Assembly: GCA_963666345.1 (NCBI GenBank) | Contig: OY762721.1 | Span: forward strand, 3,456,001 to 3,520,000 | Direction of reading: 5' to 3' | DNA length: 64,000 nucleotides | DNA from: Desulfatiglandales bacterium | GTDB taxonomy: Bacteria > Desulfobacterota > DSM-4660 > Desulfatiglandales > Desulfatiglandaceae | In this document: piece by piece, positions 18,762 to 28,865 of the stretch | How the letters are laid out: every line of letters begins with the position of its first letter | How positions within the stretch are numbered: the first letter of the stretch is position 1 | Program-made: the position numbers and the translations under genes | The notes under the pieces: model-generated | Database searches by the model: none | What the model saw: the letters and a program-made list of their open reading frames with translations, nothing else | What the model was told of the DNA's origin: nothing

Positions 18762-19134
18762 TGTACGCCTCCTTTTTCTTCTGTTTGCCTTTTTTTGAAC
18801 CTAAGGCTTTACTTAAGCGGTAGCGGTAAATCGTGCGCTCAAAGCCTGCCATGGACGTAAATTAGTGGGGTGAAGGTCCTCTCTGTGCCTGACGTGCAGC
18901 TATGAGAGGGTTTTTCTTGAAATATCGCCCAATCTCAACACAGACAAAATATGGTTCAGAAGAAATATGAAAAACCGTATCAGGATGAATCCGATTAATA
19001 TACTGTATATATTAACCAAAATACCAGCCTAAGACAACCCCCTTGGCCAAAGGTTACGGCGCGTCAGTAGGGCGGAAGCGATGCTACGGTGGCTGATGAA
19101 AGGGGACAAATATCAAAGGTAGATCCGGTCCATT

Positions 19135-20268
19135 CTATAGTTTACACCAACGGCGGGAAATTTCCGTGTAGATCTTAACCGCCTCAGAAAGCCTTGAAAT
19201 ATAGCAATATTCGTCCTTTTTGTGGGCCATTTCCGCTTCACCTGGTCCGAGTATTATTGTCGGAACCGAATCAAATGCCGGGGTTAATACCGCGGTATCC
19301 GTGAAGTAGGGGAGGCCTTTGGGTGGAGAAGGTTTACCAGAACGGTTCGATAGGATTGCAGATACCTCTTGAACCCATTCGTTACCGGGATCAGTAGCTA
19401 CTGGGTCAAGATCCAGTATGGAATTAATATCGACTTCAGGTCCCAAGGTGTTTATAAGATGCCTGATGGTTTCCTCTGAAGTCCTGCCCGGTACGGTACG
19501 AATGTCTATATGAATCAAGGCCTGATCCGGAACAATATTTATCTTTGTTCCGCCGGCAATCACCCCGACATTAAGCGTAGCCGATCCCAGAACCGGATGG
19601 GGTGGATAACCGAGTTCTATATCTTTGAGCTTGAGCACGGCATCAGCGGCGGGGTATATCGCATTTATTCCTTTCTCGGGCATCGATCCGTGCGCAGCAA
19701 TACCTTTGGTTTTCAATTCAAGCCAGAGAGTTCCCTTGTGACCCACATAAAGCTTGTTTGAAGTTGGTTCGGCAATAACGAAGCCTCCGGCCTCTCCGAG
19801 CACGCCGTCCAGCGAAGCCAGATGGGCTGAGCCCTCGCAACCCGTTTCCTCGCCTGCGGCTATCACCAGAAGAATATCCGCTTTACGATTGGAATGCTTT
19901 GCCATTTCCAGTGCGCTGACCACGCAGGCGGCGATTCCGCCCTTCATATCAGAGGCTCCGCGACCATACAGCCTGTTGCCGTCCACTTCCCCTGAAAAAG
20001 GCTCCCGGTCCCATTGAGAATCACCCAGAGGGACAGTGTCTATATGCCCTGCATAGCAGAGCGGCAATTCGCTTCCGCATCCCCGAAGGCGGGCAACCAG
20101 GGTCGGTCTTCCGGCACTGAACTCGTAGGTGTCGACGTCGAAGTTTGCACCTTCAAGGCGCTCTGCAAGGAAATCCACACACTCTTTCTCCTGTCCCGGG
20201 GGGTTGATGGTATTAAAGCTCAGCAGCTTTTGTGTCAGTGACAGGACTTCTCCGGAAATTGATTTCAT
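19135..20268 (-). CDS. M20 family metallopeptidase (ArgE/DapE-like deacylase)
   Basis: GHIDTVP, YGRGASDMKGG, GEETG, AEPT, G.AAHGS, TD, GPG...MAH..DEY. Confidence 0.92.
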   Translation of the reverse strand: MKSISGEVLSLTQKLLSFNTINPPGQEKECVDFLAERLEGANFDVDTYEFSAGRPTLVARLRGCGSELPLCYAGHIDTVPLGDSQWDREPFSGEVDGNRLYGRGASDMKGGIAACVVSALEMAKHSNRKADILLVIAAGEETGCEGSAHLASLDGVLGEAGGFVIAEPTSNKLYVGHKGTLWLELKTKGIAAHGSMPEKGINAIYPAADAVLKLKDIELGYPPHPVLGSATLNVGVIAGGTKINIVPDQALIHIDIRTVPGRTSEETIRHLINTLGPEVDINSILDLDPVATDPGNEWVQEVSAILSNRSGKPSPPKGLPYFTDTAVLTPAFDSVPTIILGPGEAEMAHKKDEYCYISRLSEAVKIYTEISRRWCKL

Positions 20269-20273
20269 GCTTT

Positions 20274-20928
20274 TTACCTCATAACAAAGTAGGCCTCATC
20301 CCAAAGCATATTTTCCCCGATCAAGTCTTCTCTTTGTTTAGCCAATTCTGCAAGAACAGGCGCAGTTTAAGACCTCTTTACTTCTTGAGCTATCAAGTCA
20401 GGGGATTGTTCACCGTCTGATTCCACATATAAATGGATATGGTCCGGAGCAAGCCAGAGGAGGCTGACGAAGCCGCCGACCTGCTCGCTACAATCAGTTA
20501 AAATATTGGTCATGAAATCAAACATCTTTCCCGGCTGAGAAAAGAGCGGTCTTCTATGACTTACATTCCAGGCAAAATGATATCTGATCATCATAAATAC
20601 GCCTTCAGGATCGATCTTAATTTTCTGCAGAGCCAATGCCCGCTGATACTTAAACCTGTCCGAATCAAGTAATTTTCTGAAGGCTTTTTGGTAAGGCCGG
20701 GTCATTCTGCCTGGATTCCCCTAGCAATTTAAGTAATGGCTGGAACGCGTGGCACTCAAAAGATGGGGGATCTTGTACGCAACGATTCAGGTCGCACAAT
20801 ATCTCTTCCTGAAATCCCAAATCCCGGCAGAAATTGCAGGCACCATGAACAGATGGCCTTGATGACCTGGCGCACTGCTGACATTTTTCAGGCAATTGAT
20901 CTTGTGATGTTGTTTCCTCCAAGTGCAA
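20274..20928 (-). pseudogene. IS200/IS605-like Y1 (HUH) transposase with Cys-rich N-terminal extension; frameshift near 20700 and in-frame stop at 20367
   Basis: YHFAWNV..RR.LF, PDHIHLYV (HUH); reading through the stop gives LWDEAYFV (catalytic Tyr); upstream ORF carries CxxC...CxxC...C...C...C. Confidence 0.7.
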
Positions 20929-21128
20929 CCTCCCTGTTTTTAAGTATTGAGCTGCATAAGTGCTAGAGGGGTAATTGTAAAAATCCGCCCCCCTCCTTTA
21001 AGCGCTTTTATGCCCGTCATTAATTATTTGAAAAACCTTTGATGGCGGCCTTCACCGACAGAGGAAATCTTGTGGTTGCATGCCTCCACCTTCCAGACCC
21101 ATTTCGTAGATTCTATTGAGCCGTGAGG

Positions 21129-22160
21129 TCATCCAGCGCTTTTTTTTCGCTGCCTGTAACCCTTCAGCGACCGGAAACTCACTATCTTTTTCCGGCTCTC
21201 ATCCCAGAGGTGAAGAAATGGCGACTTCAGGCTCTTACGAATGGTGAGGGGCCGGACGGTTCTCGTTTCAGGCGTTTCGTCGTAGCAGCGCTGAAGGTTG
21301 TAATTTGGGATACGCGGTCTGATATGGTGAATGTGGTGATATCCGATGTTACCGGAAAACCACTGGAGCAACCGGGGCAATTTATAGTAAGAGCTGCCCT
21401 CCATCGCAATGCGGACAGGATCCCGCTCTTCATGCCGGGCCCAGTAAACGCCGTCGAACTGGTGCTGTATGTAAAACATCCACAATGCCATAAAACCGCA
21501 AATGATAATAACCGGAAGCTGGATCAGCACGTATGCCCGGAATCCGATGGTCATCGCGGCAGCCGCGATAATGGCCAGGATGGCGAGGTTATTGAAATAC
21601 ACACTGTAGCGTTCGCTTTTCCCGGCCCCCTCATGAGAAAATCTGTGAGAGATAAGGAATTCATAAGCAGGTCCAAAACCGAACAGGATAAAGGGATTTC
21701 GGAAGATTCTGTACCATATCCGGGTGCGTCTGGGTGCCGTCAGGAACTCATCCACGGTGAGTGTCCACACATCCCCGACACTGCGGCGATCCAGGTCTCC
21801 GACCGTGGCGTGATGGATACCGTGTGCCCGCCGCCAGTCTTCGTACGGCGTGAAGGTCAAAACACCACAGATACGGCCCAGGATGGTATTTGCCTTGCGG
21901 GAGGCAAAAAAGGAAGAATGAACGCAATCATGGAAAAAGATAAAAATGCGGCCCAGAAAGCCGGCTGCAGGCACTGCCAGAGCCAGGGTAACCCAATAAG
22001 AATAACCGGATTGAATGGTCTGATACATCAAATACAGTATCAGGAAGTAAGGGATAAAAGTATTCAAAAGTTGCCAGATCGCAGTTCGAAGGTCCGGTTT
22101 TTCATATTTCCGGATATCCCGGGACCAAACCGGCCTGGAAGCCTTGTTATTGCCGGGCAT
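21129..22160 (-). CDS. Membrane fatty acid desaturase (Des-like)
   Basis: His boxes HDCVH, HGIHH, HHIHH; QHQF; PRIPNYNL; AGGAGG RBS before ATG 22160. Confidence 0.9.
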   Translation of the reverse strand: MPGNNKASRPVWSRDIRKYEKPDLRTAIWQLLNTFIPYFLILYLMYQTIQSGYSYWVTLALAVPAAGFLGRIFIFFHDCVHSSFFASRKANTILGRICGVLTFTPYEDWRRAHGIHHATVGDLDRRSVGDVWTLTVDEFLTAPRRTRIWYRIFRNPFILFGFGPAYEFLISHRFSHEGAGKSERYSVYFNNLAILAIIAAAAMTIGFRAYVLIQLPVIIICGFMALWMFYIQHQFDGVYWARHEERDPVRIAMEGSSYYKLPRLLQWFSGNIGYHHIHHIRPRIPNYNLQRCYDETPETRTVRPLTIRKSLKSPFLHLWDESRKKIVSFRSLKGYRQRKKSAG

Positions 22161-22196
22161 ATTGAACCTCCTTTCAAAAGGGCTTTCGGGCACGGT

Positions 22197-23282
22197 CTAG
22201 CCGGAAATCATATGGTCCACGAACCGGTTTATGGCATTCTGTGCCTTGTCATCGAGCGTTGTAAATTCTATGCTGCATTCGTAGCCGCTCTTAACCTTTT
22301 TGCAGCGCAGGATCTTGCCGTAAATGTCTGAGATCTCGTCTCCCATCAGGGAAAGGGTGAGGCTTATCATTATCTCGGAAAAGGTTTGCAGTTCCATAGG
22401 AACCAGCGCCAGTATTCCGTTGTAGCTTATGTCCATGACTTCGCCGTCATGTTTTTCAGGAAGAACTGTCTTACCGTCCAGGAGTTGAAAGCGCACGGGG
22501 AGCGATGCCTTGATACGATGGCTGGTTCTTATCTCCCGCTTCGGAAGCTCAAGCCTGTCGGGCCGATTTATCGCCGTCACCTCATGTAACCTGACCAGCT
22601 CCGATTTCCCTTTTACATGCACATCCTTGGCGTCACGGGTCTCGATAAATTCCTTTGCCAGGCGGAAGGACTTCTCGCTTATGAGTACCTGGCCCCGAAG
22701 AGTGAAGGCCTCAATTCGGGATGCAAGATTTACCTCGTCGCCTATCACTGTGAATTCGCTGTGAACGTCTGATCCGACATTGCCGGTGGCTACCTCACCG
22801 GTGTTGATACCTATGCCCATATAGATCTTGGGAAGCCCTGCGGCCTGGTTATTATGATTTATGTCGTCCATGGCGCATTGCATTTCTATGGCGCAGCTGA
22901 TTGCACGCTGAAGGTCGTCCGCTTTTTCCTTGGGGACACCGAAAAGCGTCAGGATGCCGTCGCCCATGTACTTGTCGATCAGGCCTCCGTGAGAATAGAT
23001 TATCTCCGACATCCTTGACAGGTACCTGTTAAGCAGCCCGAGGACAACGGTTGCCGAATAGCGCTCGGAGATCGCTGTAAAGCCCCTCAGATCAGACAGG
23101 AGTATGGTCACGTTCCGCAGTTCCGCATTTTCATCCCTGTACGCCCTATTCAGCATCTGTTCAAGGGCCAGGCTGAAGGGGCTTTCCGCCGCCACATCCT
23201 CATCGGATAGTGACAGGTGCTCCTTTGCCAGCTCGATAATTGAATCCTTCAGGCTGATAAATGATTTCTGCGTCGATGCCAT
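22197..23282 (-). CDS. Class III adenylate cyclase with C-terminal PilZ domain
   Basis: SDLRGFT, DKYMGDG, GIGINTG, FTVIGDEVNLASRIE; PilZ RTSHR and DISYNG. Confidence 0.9.
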   Translation of the reverse strand: MASTQKSFISLKDSIIELAKEHLSLSDEDVAAESPFSLALEQMLNRAYRDENAELRNVTILLSDLRGFTAISERYSATVVLGLLNRYLSRMSEIIYSHGGLIDKYMGDGILTLFGVPKEKADDLQRAISCAIEMQCAMDDINHNNQAAGLPKIYMGIGINTGEVATGNVGSDVHSEFTVIGDEVNLASRIEAFTLRGQVLISEKSFRLAKEFIETRDAKDVHVKGKSELVRLHEVTAINRPDRLELPKREIRTSHRIKASLPVRFQLLDGKTVLPEKHDGEVMDISYNGILALVPMELQTFSEIMISLTLSLMGDEISDIYGKILRCKKVKSGYECSIEFTTLDDKAQNAINRFVDHMISG

Positions 23283-23872
23283 TGGTTTTCCCCCCGGATA
23301 ACTTTCTGATTAACAATGATAAATCCAAAAAAAACAAACTGTATCAAGACCTGTATCACAATCGGGTGACGGGCGCAGCTCCGGCCTGGTCACGAAGTGA
23401 TCAGCCCGGGTACTGAATCTTTGAGATATCCATTTTAAGGCGGGAAAACCATGCCGGTGAAAAAGTCGGGGTACCTCTATTCCCCCGGTTACAGAGCATG
23501 TCGGGAAATGAGTATGGGAAAGTGGTACTCCGGTTTTTTTTGTGACAACCACCCGGTTCACCAACAAAATAACAGTCGATATCTTGAGTTTAAGGCTTGT
23601 CTGAAAAGGAGTATTTTTGTTTTGATCTCAAATAGTAACAAAATTAACACAAATGCAGCATCGTGTAAACGATTCCAGGCATGCGTTTTGTGGGTTCAAT
23701 AAATTATCCGGGTACCGAAGAACGTGCACCTGTGTCCGGTCTTGATAAGTTTTGTGAGCCGGCCGAAAGGCCGTAATCATAGGTGGAAAAAAAGGCAGGG
23801 CGGTTTTGTCTTTAGTTTCCATGAAAAATTGGCTAAAGTGAAAAAAATTATAGCCGAAAAAAGAGAGAAGAT

Positions 23873-24661
23873 ATGATCGAAAAGGATGCCGGGATCGTGT
23901 TTAACAGGAAGGTGGCTCATGCCACCTTTTTAATGGGGCTCAATGCCCCTGAAATCGCTGGAAAGGCTGCGCCGGGCCAGTTCGTGATGCTTCGCGTAAC
24001 CAAAGGGATCGATCCTCTTTTAAGGCGCCCCTTTTCCATAAGCGGTGTTCAAGGGACGGATACCCTGCTTATACTTTACCGGGCGGTCGGCAGGGGCACA
24101 TCCATTATGAGCGAAAAAAAGGAGGGGGAGAGCGTTTCCCTTTTGGGCCCGCTGGGAAACGGTTTTGATCTTGAAGCCTCTAAAAAGAAGATGATCCTTC
24201 TGGCAGGGGGCATAGGGATCGCGCCCCTTCTGTTTGTCGCCCAGAGGCTTGAGCCCGCTTCATATCGCTTTATGACAGGCTTTCGCTCAAAGCAAGAGAT
24301 AATCGGGGCGGATGGCACGGGGATTATCTTAAATAACAATGAAATCTCAACCGATGACGGCTCGTTCGGCAGAAAGGGCTTTGTGACCGATCTGCTCAAA
24401 GGCCGTATCGAACGGGACGGCCCGGAAGGAGTTTGTCTTTTTACATGCGGCCCCCTTTTGATGTTGAAAAACGCGGTCAAAATCGCGGCTGAAAGCCGTA
24501 TCCCCTGCCAGGTTTCCCTTGAAGCCAACATGGCATGCGGGCTCGGGGCGTGTCAGGGGTGCGCCGTTCCCGCCTCGGTTGCCATGAATGAAACCTATTA
24601 TCATGTGTGTCAGGACGGGCCTGTGTTTGAAATGAATCAGATTGACTGGGACAGGATATGA
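23873..24661 (+). CDS. pyrK: Dihydroorotate dehydrogenase electron transfer subunit
   Basis: PGQFV, LRRPFSI, GPLGNGF, GGIGIAP, CGP, MACGLGACQGC, CQDGPVF. Confidence 0.93.
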   Translation: MIEKDAGIVFNRKVAHATFLMGLNAPEIAGKAAPGQFVMLRVTKGIDPLLRRPFSISGVQGTDTLLILYRAVGRGTSIMSEKKEGESVSLLGPLGNGFDLEASKKKMILLAGGIGIAPLLFVAQRLEPASYRFMTGFRSKQEIIGADGTGIILNNNEISTDDGSFGRKGFVTDLLKGRIERDGPEGVCLFTCGPLLMLKNAVKIAAESRIPCQVSLEANMACGLGACQGCAVPASVAMNETYYHVCQDGPVFEMNQIDWDRI

Positions 24662-25584
24662 ACGGAAAAAGAGCTGAGCTTGGTGTGGACCTCGGATTCA
24701 TGAGGCTTAAAAACCCGGTGATCACCGCCTCCGGCACTTTCGGTTACGGGGAGGAGTACAAGGACCTTGTGGATCTAAACCGCCTCGGGGGCATTGCGGT
24801 AAAGGGGCTTTCACTCGAACCTAAGGAAGGAAACCCTCCTCCAAGGATCATAGAGACCCCCTGCGGCATGCTTAACGCCATAGGGCTTGCAAATCCGGGT
24901 CTAAAGGCCTTTATCGAAAAAAAGGTCCCGTTTCTTGAAACCCTGGACACGAACATTATAGTAAATATCTACGGGCACAGCCTAACAGAATACGGAGCGG
25001 TGGCGGCCGGGCTCAAAGGCATAGACGCCATTGACGCACTTGAGGTGAATATCTCCTGCCCCAATGTGGAACAGGGGGGAATGGCCTTTGGAACCGACCC
25101 TGACACCTCGGCCAGGGTAACCGAAGAGGTCTTGGAAAAATCAGACAAGCCGGTGATAGTGAAGCTTTCTCCCAATGTCACGGACATCAGGGTAATTGCA
25201 AAGGCGGTTCAGAAGGCGGGGGCGCATGCCGTATCGCTAATAAATACCCTGACAGGCATGTCCATAGATATAGAAAGCGGAAGGCCTGAGCTTTTCAACC
25301 TTACGGGAGGGCTTTCAGGACCAGCGATCAGGCCTGTTGCGGTTCACATGGTCTATCAGGTGGCTCAGGCGGTGGAGATTCCCGTAATAGGGATGGGAGG
25401 AATCATTGAATACAGGGATGCCCTGGAATTTCTGATTGCGGGGGCGCGCGCGGTCCAGGTGGGAACGGCCAATTTCGTGTCTCCCGGTGTGTGTGCTGAG
25501 ATAATCGAGGGGATGGAGGAATATCTGAGGGTGAAGGATATCCCGGATATCAACGGGATAATAGGGACGGTTAAAAGTGCCTAA
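24658..25584 (+). CDS. pyrD: Dihydroorotate dehydrogenase (class 1B) catalytic subunit
   Basis: ASGTFG, NAIGLANPG, NISCPN, KLSPN, INT, GGLSG.AI.P. Confidence 0.95.
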   Translation: MNGKRAELGVDLGFMRLKNPVITASGTFGYGEEYKDLVDLNRLGGIAVKGLSLEPKEGNPPPRIIETPCGMLNAIGLANPGLKAFIEKKVPFLETLDTNIIVNIYGHSLTEYGAVAAGLKGIDAIDALEVNISCPNVEQGGMAFGTDPDTSARVTEEVLEKSDKPVIVKLSPNVTDIRVIAKAVQKAGAHAVSLINTLTGMSIDIESGRPELFNLTGGLSGPAIRPVAVHMVYQVAQAVEIPVIGMGGIIEYRDALEFLIAGARAVQVGTANFVSPGVCAEIIEGMEEYLRVKDIPDINGIIGTVKSA

Positions 25585-25633
25585 AGTGACTAAAATTGGG
25601 AGTGCCTAAAGTGACTAAAATTGGGAGTGACTA
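25576..25633. repeat. 25-bp tandem repeat (2 perfect copies plus partial) spanning the pyrD stop
   Basis: AGTGCCTAAAGTGACTAAAATTGGG x2 + AGTGACTA. Confidence 0.9.
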
Positions 25634-25681
25634 GATTTGCGGGCCGGGGGATAGTAAAATTTTTTAAAAGAGAGGAGTTTT

Positions 25682-27109
25682 ATGTCTAAAAAGGAGCTGA
25701 CAAAAAAGGAGATAAAGGCGATCAGGCAAAGGCTTGTAAGGGAGCCGAGACTTGTGTGGGATGAGCTTGGTGCCTCGGAAAGAAAAAAGGCATTTGCCCT
25801 GTGCGATGAATACAAGGAATTTCTGGATCGGGCAAAGACGGAGCGGGAGGCAGTTGTCGCGATACGGGATGCGGCAAAAGAAAAGGGATTTTCAGAGAAA
25901 CCCAAGCCCGGATCAGGCAAACCCTTTTTCATGGTCTTTCAGGAAAAAACGATCGCCCTTGTAAGGCCGGGTAAAGGCGCAATCGATAACGGCGTAAGAC
26001 TTATCGTTTCTCATATAGACGCCCCCAGGCTCGATCTGAAACAGAACCCCCTTTACGAGGATGTGGATCTTACGTTTCTGAAGACCCACTACTATGGAGG
26101 GATAAAGAAGTTCCAGTGGGTGACCCGTCCCCTTGCCATTCATGGCCGTTTCATAAGAGCGGACGGTCAAGCCCTTGATATCGTGGTGGGGGAGGATGAA
26201 AAAGACCCTGTCTTCTGCGTGCTCGACCTGCTGCCCCATCTTGCCAGAAAGAGCCAGTATGACAAGAAGCTGGGGGAGGCTATCCCGGGAGAAAAGCTCA
26301 ATGTAATCGCAGGCTCTATTCCGATCGGGGACAGGGAGACAAAGGATCGTTTTAAACTGGCGCTCTTGAACATCCTTAACGAAAAATACGGTCTTGTGGA
26401 AGAGGATTTCATAAGTGCCGAGATAGAGGTGGTCCCGGCGGGAAAGGCAAAGGATGTGGGGTGGGACAGATCCCTTGTAGGGGCCTACGGGCATGATGAC
26501 AGGTCTTCGGCCTTTACGAGCCTCAAGGCCCTGTTTGACATAAAAGACAGTGACAGGACCTCCGTAATAATTTTCGTTGACAAGGAAGAGATAGGAAGCG
26601 AAGGGGCCACAGGGGCGAAGTCAAAGCTGATTGAAGCTGTCATCGCAAGGGCCATGAACGTGATGGGGCATGATGCGGGTTCGCACAAGGTTCTGGATAT
26701 CCTTTCAAGATCAAAGGCCCTTTCAGCCGATGTAAACGGCGCGCTTGACCCGGATTACCAGGAGGTCCACGAAAAGATGAACGCCGCCCGCCTGGGTTAC
26801 GGTGTGTGCGTGACAAAATTTACCGGCCATGGGGGCAAATCAGGAGCCAATGACGCAAGCGCCGAATACGCGGGATGGCTCAGAAGGCTCTTTAACTCGG
26901 AAAAGGTGACCTGGCAGACAGGAGAGCTCGGAAAGGTGGATGAGGGGGGAGGCGGCACGGTTGCAAAGTTTCTGGCCGTTTACGGGATGGACGTCATAGA
27001 CTACGGCGTACCGGTCCTTTCCATGCATGCACCCTTTGAAGTCGCCCATAAAGGGGATCTCTACATGACCTACAAGGGGTGCAGGGCTTTTCTGGAGGCC
27101 GATGAATAG
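25682..27109 (+). CDS. M18 family aminopeptidase
   Basis: KTERE, SHIDAPR, HYYGGIKKFQW, GHDDR, DKEEIGS, GGGGT, SMHAP.E. Confidence 0.93.
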   Translation: MSKKELTKKEIKAIRQRLVREPRLVWDELGASERKKAFALCDEYKEFLDRAKTEREAVVAIRDAAKEKGFSEKPKPGSGKPFFMVFQEKTIALVRPGKGAIDNGVRLIVSHIDAPRLDLKQNPLYEDVDLTFLKTHYYGGIKKFQWVTRPLAIHGRFIRADGQALDIVVGEDEKDPVFCVLDLLPHLARKSQYDKKLGEAIPGEKLNVIAGSIPIGDRETKDRFKLALLNILNEKYGLVEEDFISAEIEVVPAGKAKDVGWDRSLVGAYGHDDRSSAFTSLKALFDIKDSDRTSVIIFVDKEEIGSEGATGAKSKLIEAVIARAMNVMGHDAGSHKVLDILSRSKALSADVNGALDPDYQEVHEKMNAARLGYGVCVTKFTGHGGKSGANDASAEYAGWLRRLFNSEKVTWQTGELGKVDEGGGGTVAKFLAVYGMDVIDYGVPVLSMHAPFEVAHKGDLYMTYKGCRAFLEADE

Positions 27110-27113
27110 AAGA

Positions 27114-27911
27114 CTACCGGAGGCTTTCCGCAAGATTTTTCAGGGCCGTCATATATTCGGTAAGGCCGTGTGAAAAGATGGTATTGTGGTTTGCCCCCGG
27201 TATCTGGAGGAGATATTTTCTCTCGGAAGCACAGGCCTCGTAGAGCGCCAGGCCTTCCGAAAGAGATATTATGTGGTCTTTTTCCGCATGGATAACGAGC
27301 GTGGGCTTTTTGAACCCCGCCATCTTCTTCCTGTTTCCAAAACCCTTTTTCTCTTTAAATCTCATGGCCCTGAGATCGATACCCAGCACCTGGAGAAGCG
27401 GTCCGGTATCGGCAAATCCGCTTTCCACCACAAGGCCGCTCACCTGTCCCATGTAAGCGGATGCCAGTTCCAGGGCCGACGCGCTTCCAAGTGATCTTCC
27501 CATGACGATAAGGGGGCCGGTGAAGCTGTTTTTCTTGAGCCACCTGGCGACAAAATCATAGACGAGGTGGCAATCGCGCATCATGGCGGTTACCGTGGGT
27601 GAGCCTGTAGACAGACCGTAGCCCCTGTAGTCGAAGACCAGAAAATTTATTCCCATATTGTTTATGAGAGGTCCCAGTTGATCGTAGTCGGCCGCAATCT
27701 CCCCGTTTCCATGAAAGAAAAGGATGTTGGCCCCGCTGTTTGATCTCATATGAAGGCGGCCTGAAACGGCGATGTTTTCATCGACATCGACCATGACGTC
27801 CCGCACGGGCGTCCTGGGTCCGGTTCCGCCCCACTCCGGTCTGGGATGAAAAAGGAGGGTTATTACCTCCGGTCTGTCCAGGTGGGAATAATCGATTTCG
27901 GAAATCGTCAT
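27114..27911 (-). CDS. Alpha/beta hydrolase
   Basis: FHGNGE, DYRGYG, GRSLG nucleophile elbow, HAEKD, GANHN. Confidence 0.9.
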   Translation of the reverse strand: MTISEIDYSHLDRPEVITLLFHPRPEWGGTGPRTPVRDVMVDVDENIAVSGRLHMRSNSGANILFFHGNGEIAADYDQLGPLINNMGINFLVFDYRGYGLSTGSPTVTAMMRDCHLVYDFVARWLKKNSFTGPLIVMGRSLGSASALELASAYMGQVSGLVVESGFADTGPLLQVLGIDLRAMRFKEKKGFGNRKKMAGFKKPTLVIHAEKDHIISLSEGLALYEACASERKYLLQIPGANHNTIFSHGLTEYMTALKNLAESLR

Positions 27912-27959
27912 ATCACACCAAGGTCGGCTTGATTCAGGTTCGTGGGGTCCAGGCGGCGT

Positions 27960-28439
27960 TTACATATCCCTTATGATACCAAGCATGTCCAGCGCGCTTA
28001 TAATTCCAACCAGCTTCTTCTCTTTTGTGACGAAAACCCTGTGAATCCTTCCTCGAATCATCGCATCCGCAACCTGTTTGATCGATGTGTCTTCGTTTAC
28101 CTCGAATATGACGTGCGTCATTATGTCGCGTACCCTTGTCTCCGTCTCGTTTTCGATATGGAAGGTCTTGAGTTCCTGCGGGGAATACTGTGGCTCGAGG
28201 CCGTAAAGGTAGTAATCGCTTGTGTCTTCCCTGGGCAGGTCTCTTCCGGGCATGCTGCTGTGGCGGACGATATCGGTTAAGGAGACAACTCCTATCAGCT
28301 TGTCTTCCCTTGTAGTGACAGGGCCTCCGGAGATAGAGTTTTCAACGAAGAAATCCGCCAGCTGGTCGATCGACCAATCGGGGTTGACTGTCAGGATTTC
28401 ACTTCTCATTAAATCTTTTGCCTTTAAACCGGTCATCAT
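27960..28439 (-). CDS. CBS domain pair protein
   Basis: AKDLM, ISGGPV...LIGVVS.TD; VRDIM, IHRVFV...LVGIIS.LD; GGAGG RBS. Confidence 0.88.
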   Translation of the reverse strand: MMTGLKAKDLMRSEILTVNPDWSIDQLADFFVENSISGGPVTTREDKLIGVVSLTDIVRHSSMPGRDLPREDTSDYYLYGLEPQYSPQELKTFHIENETETRVRDIMTHVIFEVNEDTSIKQVADAMIRGRIHRVFVTKEKKLVGIISALDMLGIIRDM

Positions 28440-28787
28440 ATCCTCCAAAAAGCTGAGCCTCAGCAGACCTTTTGACGAGAGAAACATGAACGGGCATGCA
28501 TCTAATCCGCGCGGAAAACACATGTGTGAATCAATCGCTTAAGGCCGTACTGTCGTGTTCAATTTTACTTATCTGAGACGGGTCATGCAAGAACAATATT
28601 TTTCGGGTAGAAATAAAAGCAGGGCGGGGTTTTAGCGATTTTAATAAAATAGAGTGCATACCCGCTTTGATTTTAAAGATTACCGGGTCGGTGCGTCAGG
28701 CAAAAAAGAGGTTGCTGAGGGAGCCCTGAGTTCGATCCCGTAATTGGGGCAAAAATGGGAAGAGCCTCTTTCCTATGTGATTTTGGC

Positions 28788-28816
28788 TTGACTTGACTTT
28801 TTTATCCCATTATAAA
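28788..28816 (+). promoter_or_regulatory. sigma70 promoter of the liv operon
   Basis: TTGACT-N17-TATAAA ending 50 nt upstream of the livK start. Confidence 0.65.
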
Positions 28817-28865
28817 CGGGAGTTCCCGAAGGTTGCAATTCCAAAACATTAAGGAGGTAGGGTAT

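Noticed and set aside
21123..22331. 402-aa plus-strand ORF
   Set aside because: Antisense shadow of the desaturase and cyclase genes; no motifs
23283..23872. 590-bp intergenic region as a possible PyrR attenuator or riboswitch
   Set aside because: No PyrR-binding loop, terminator before pyrK or known aptamer found by eye
25576..25633. Possible mini CRISPR array
   Set aside because: Repeats are directly adjacent with no spacers; no cas genes
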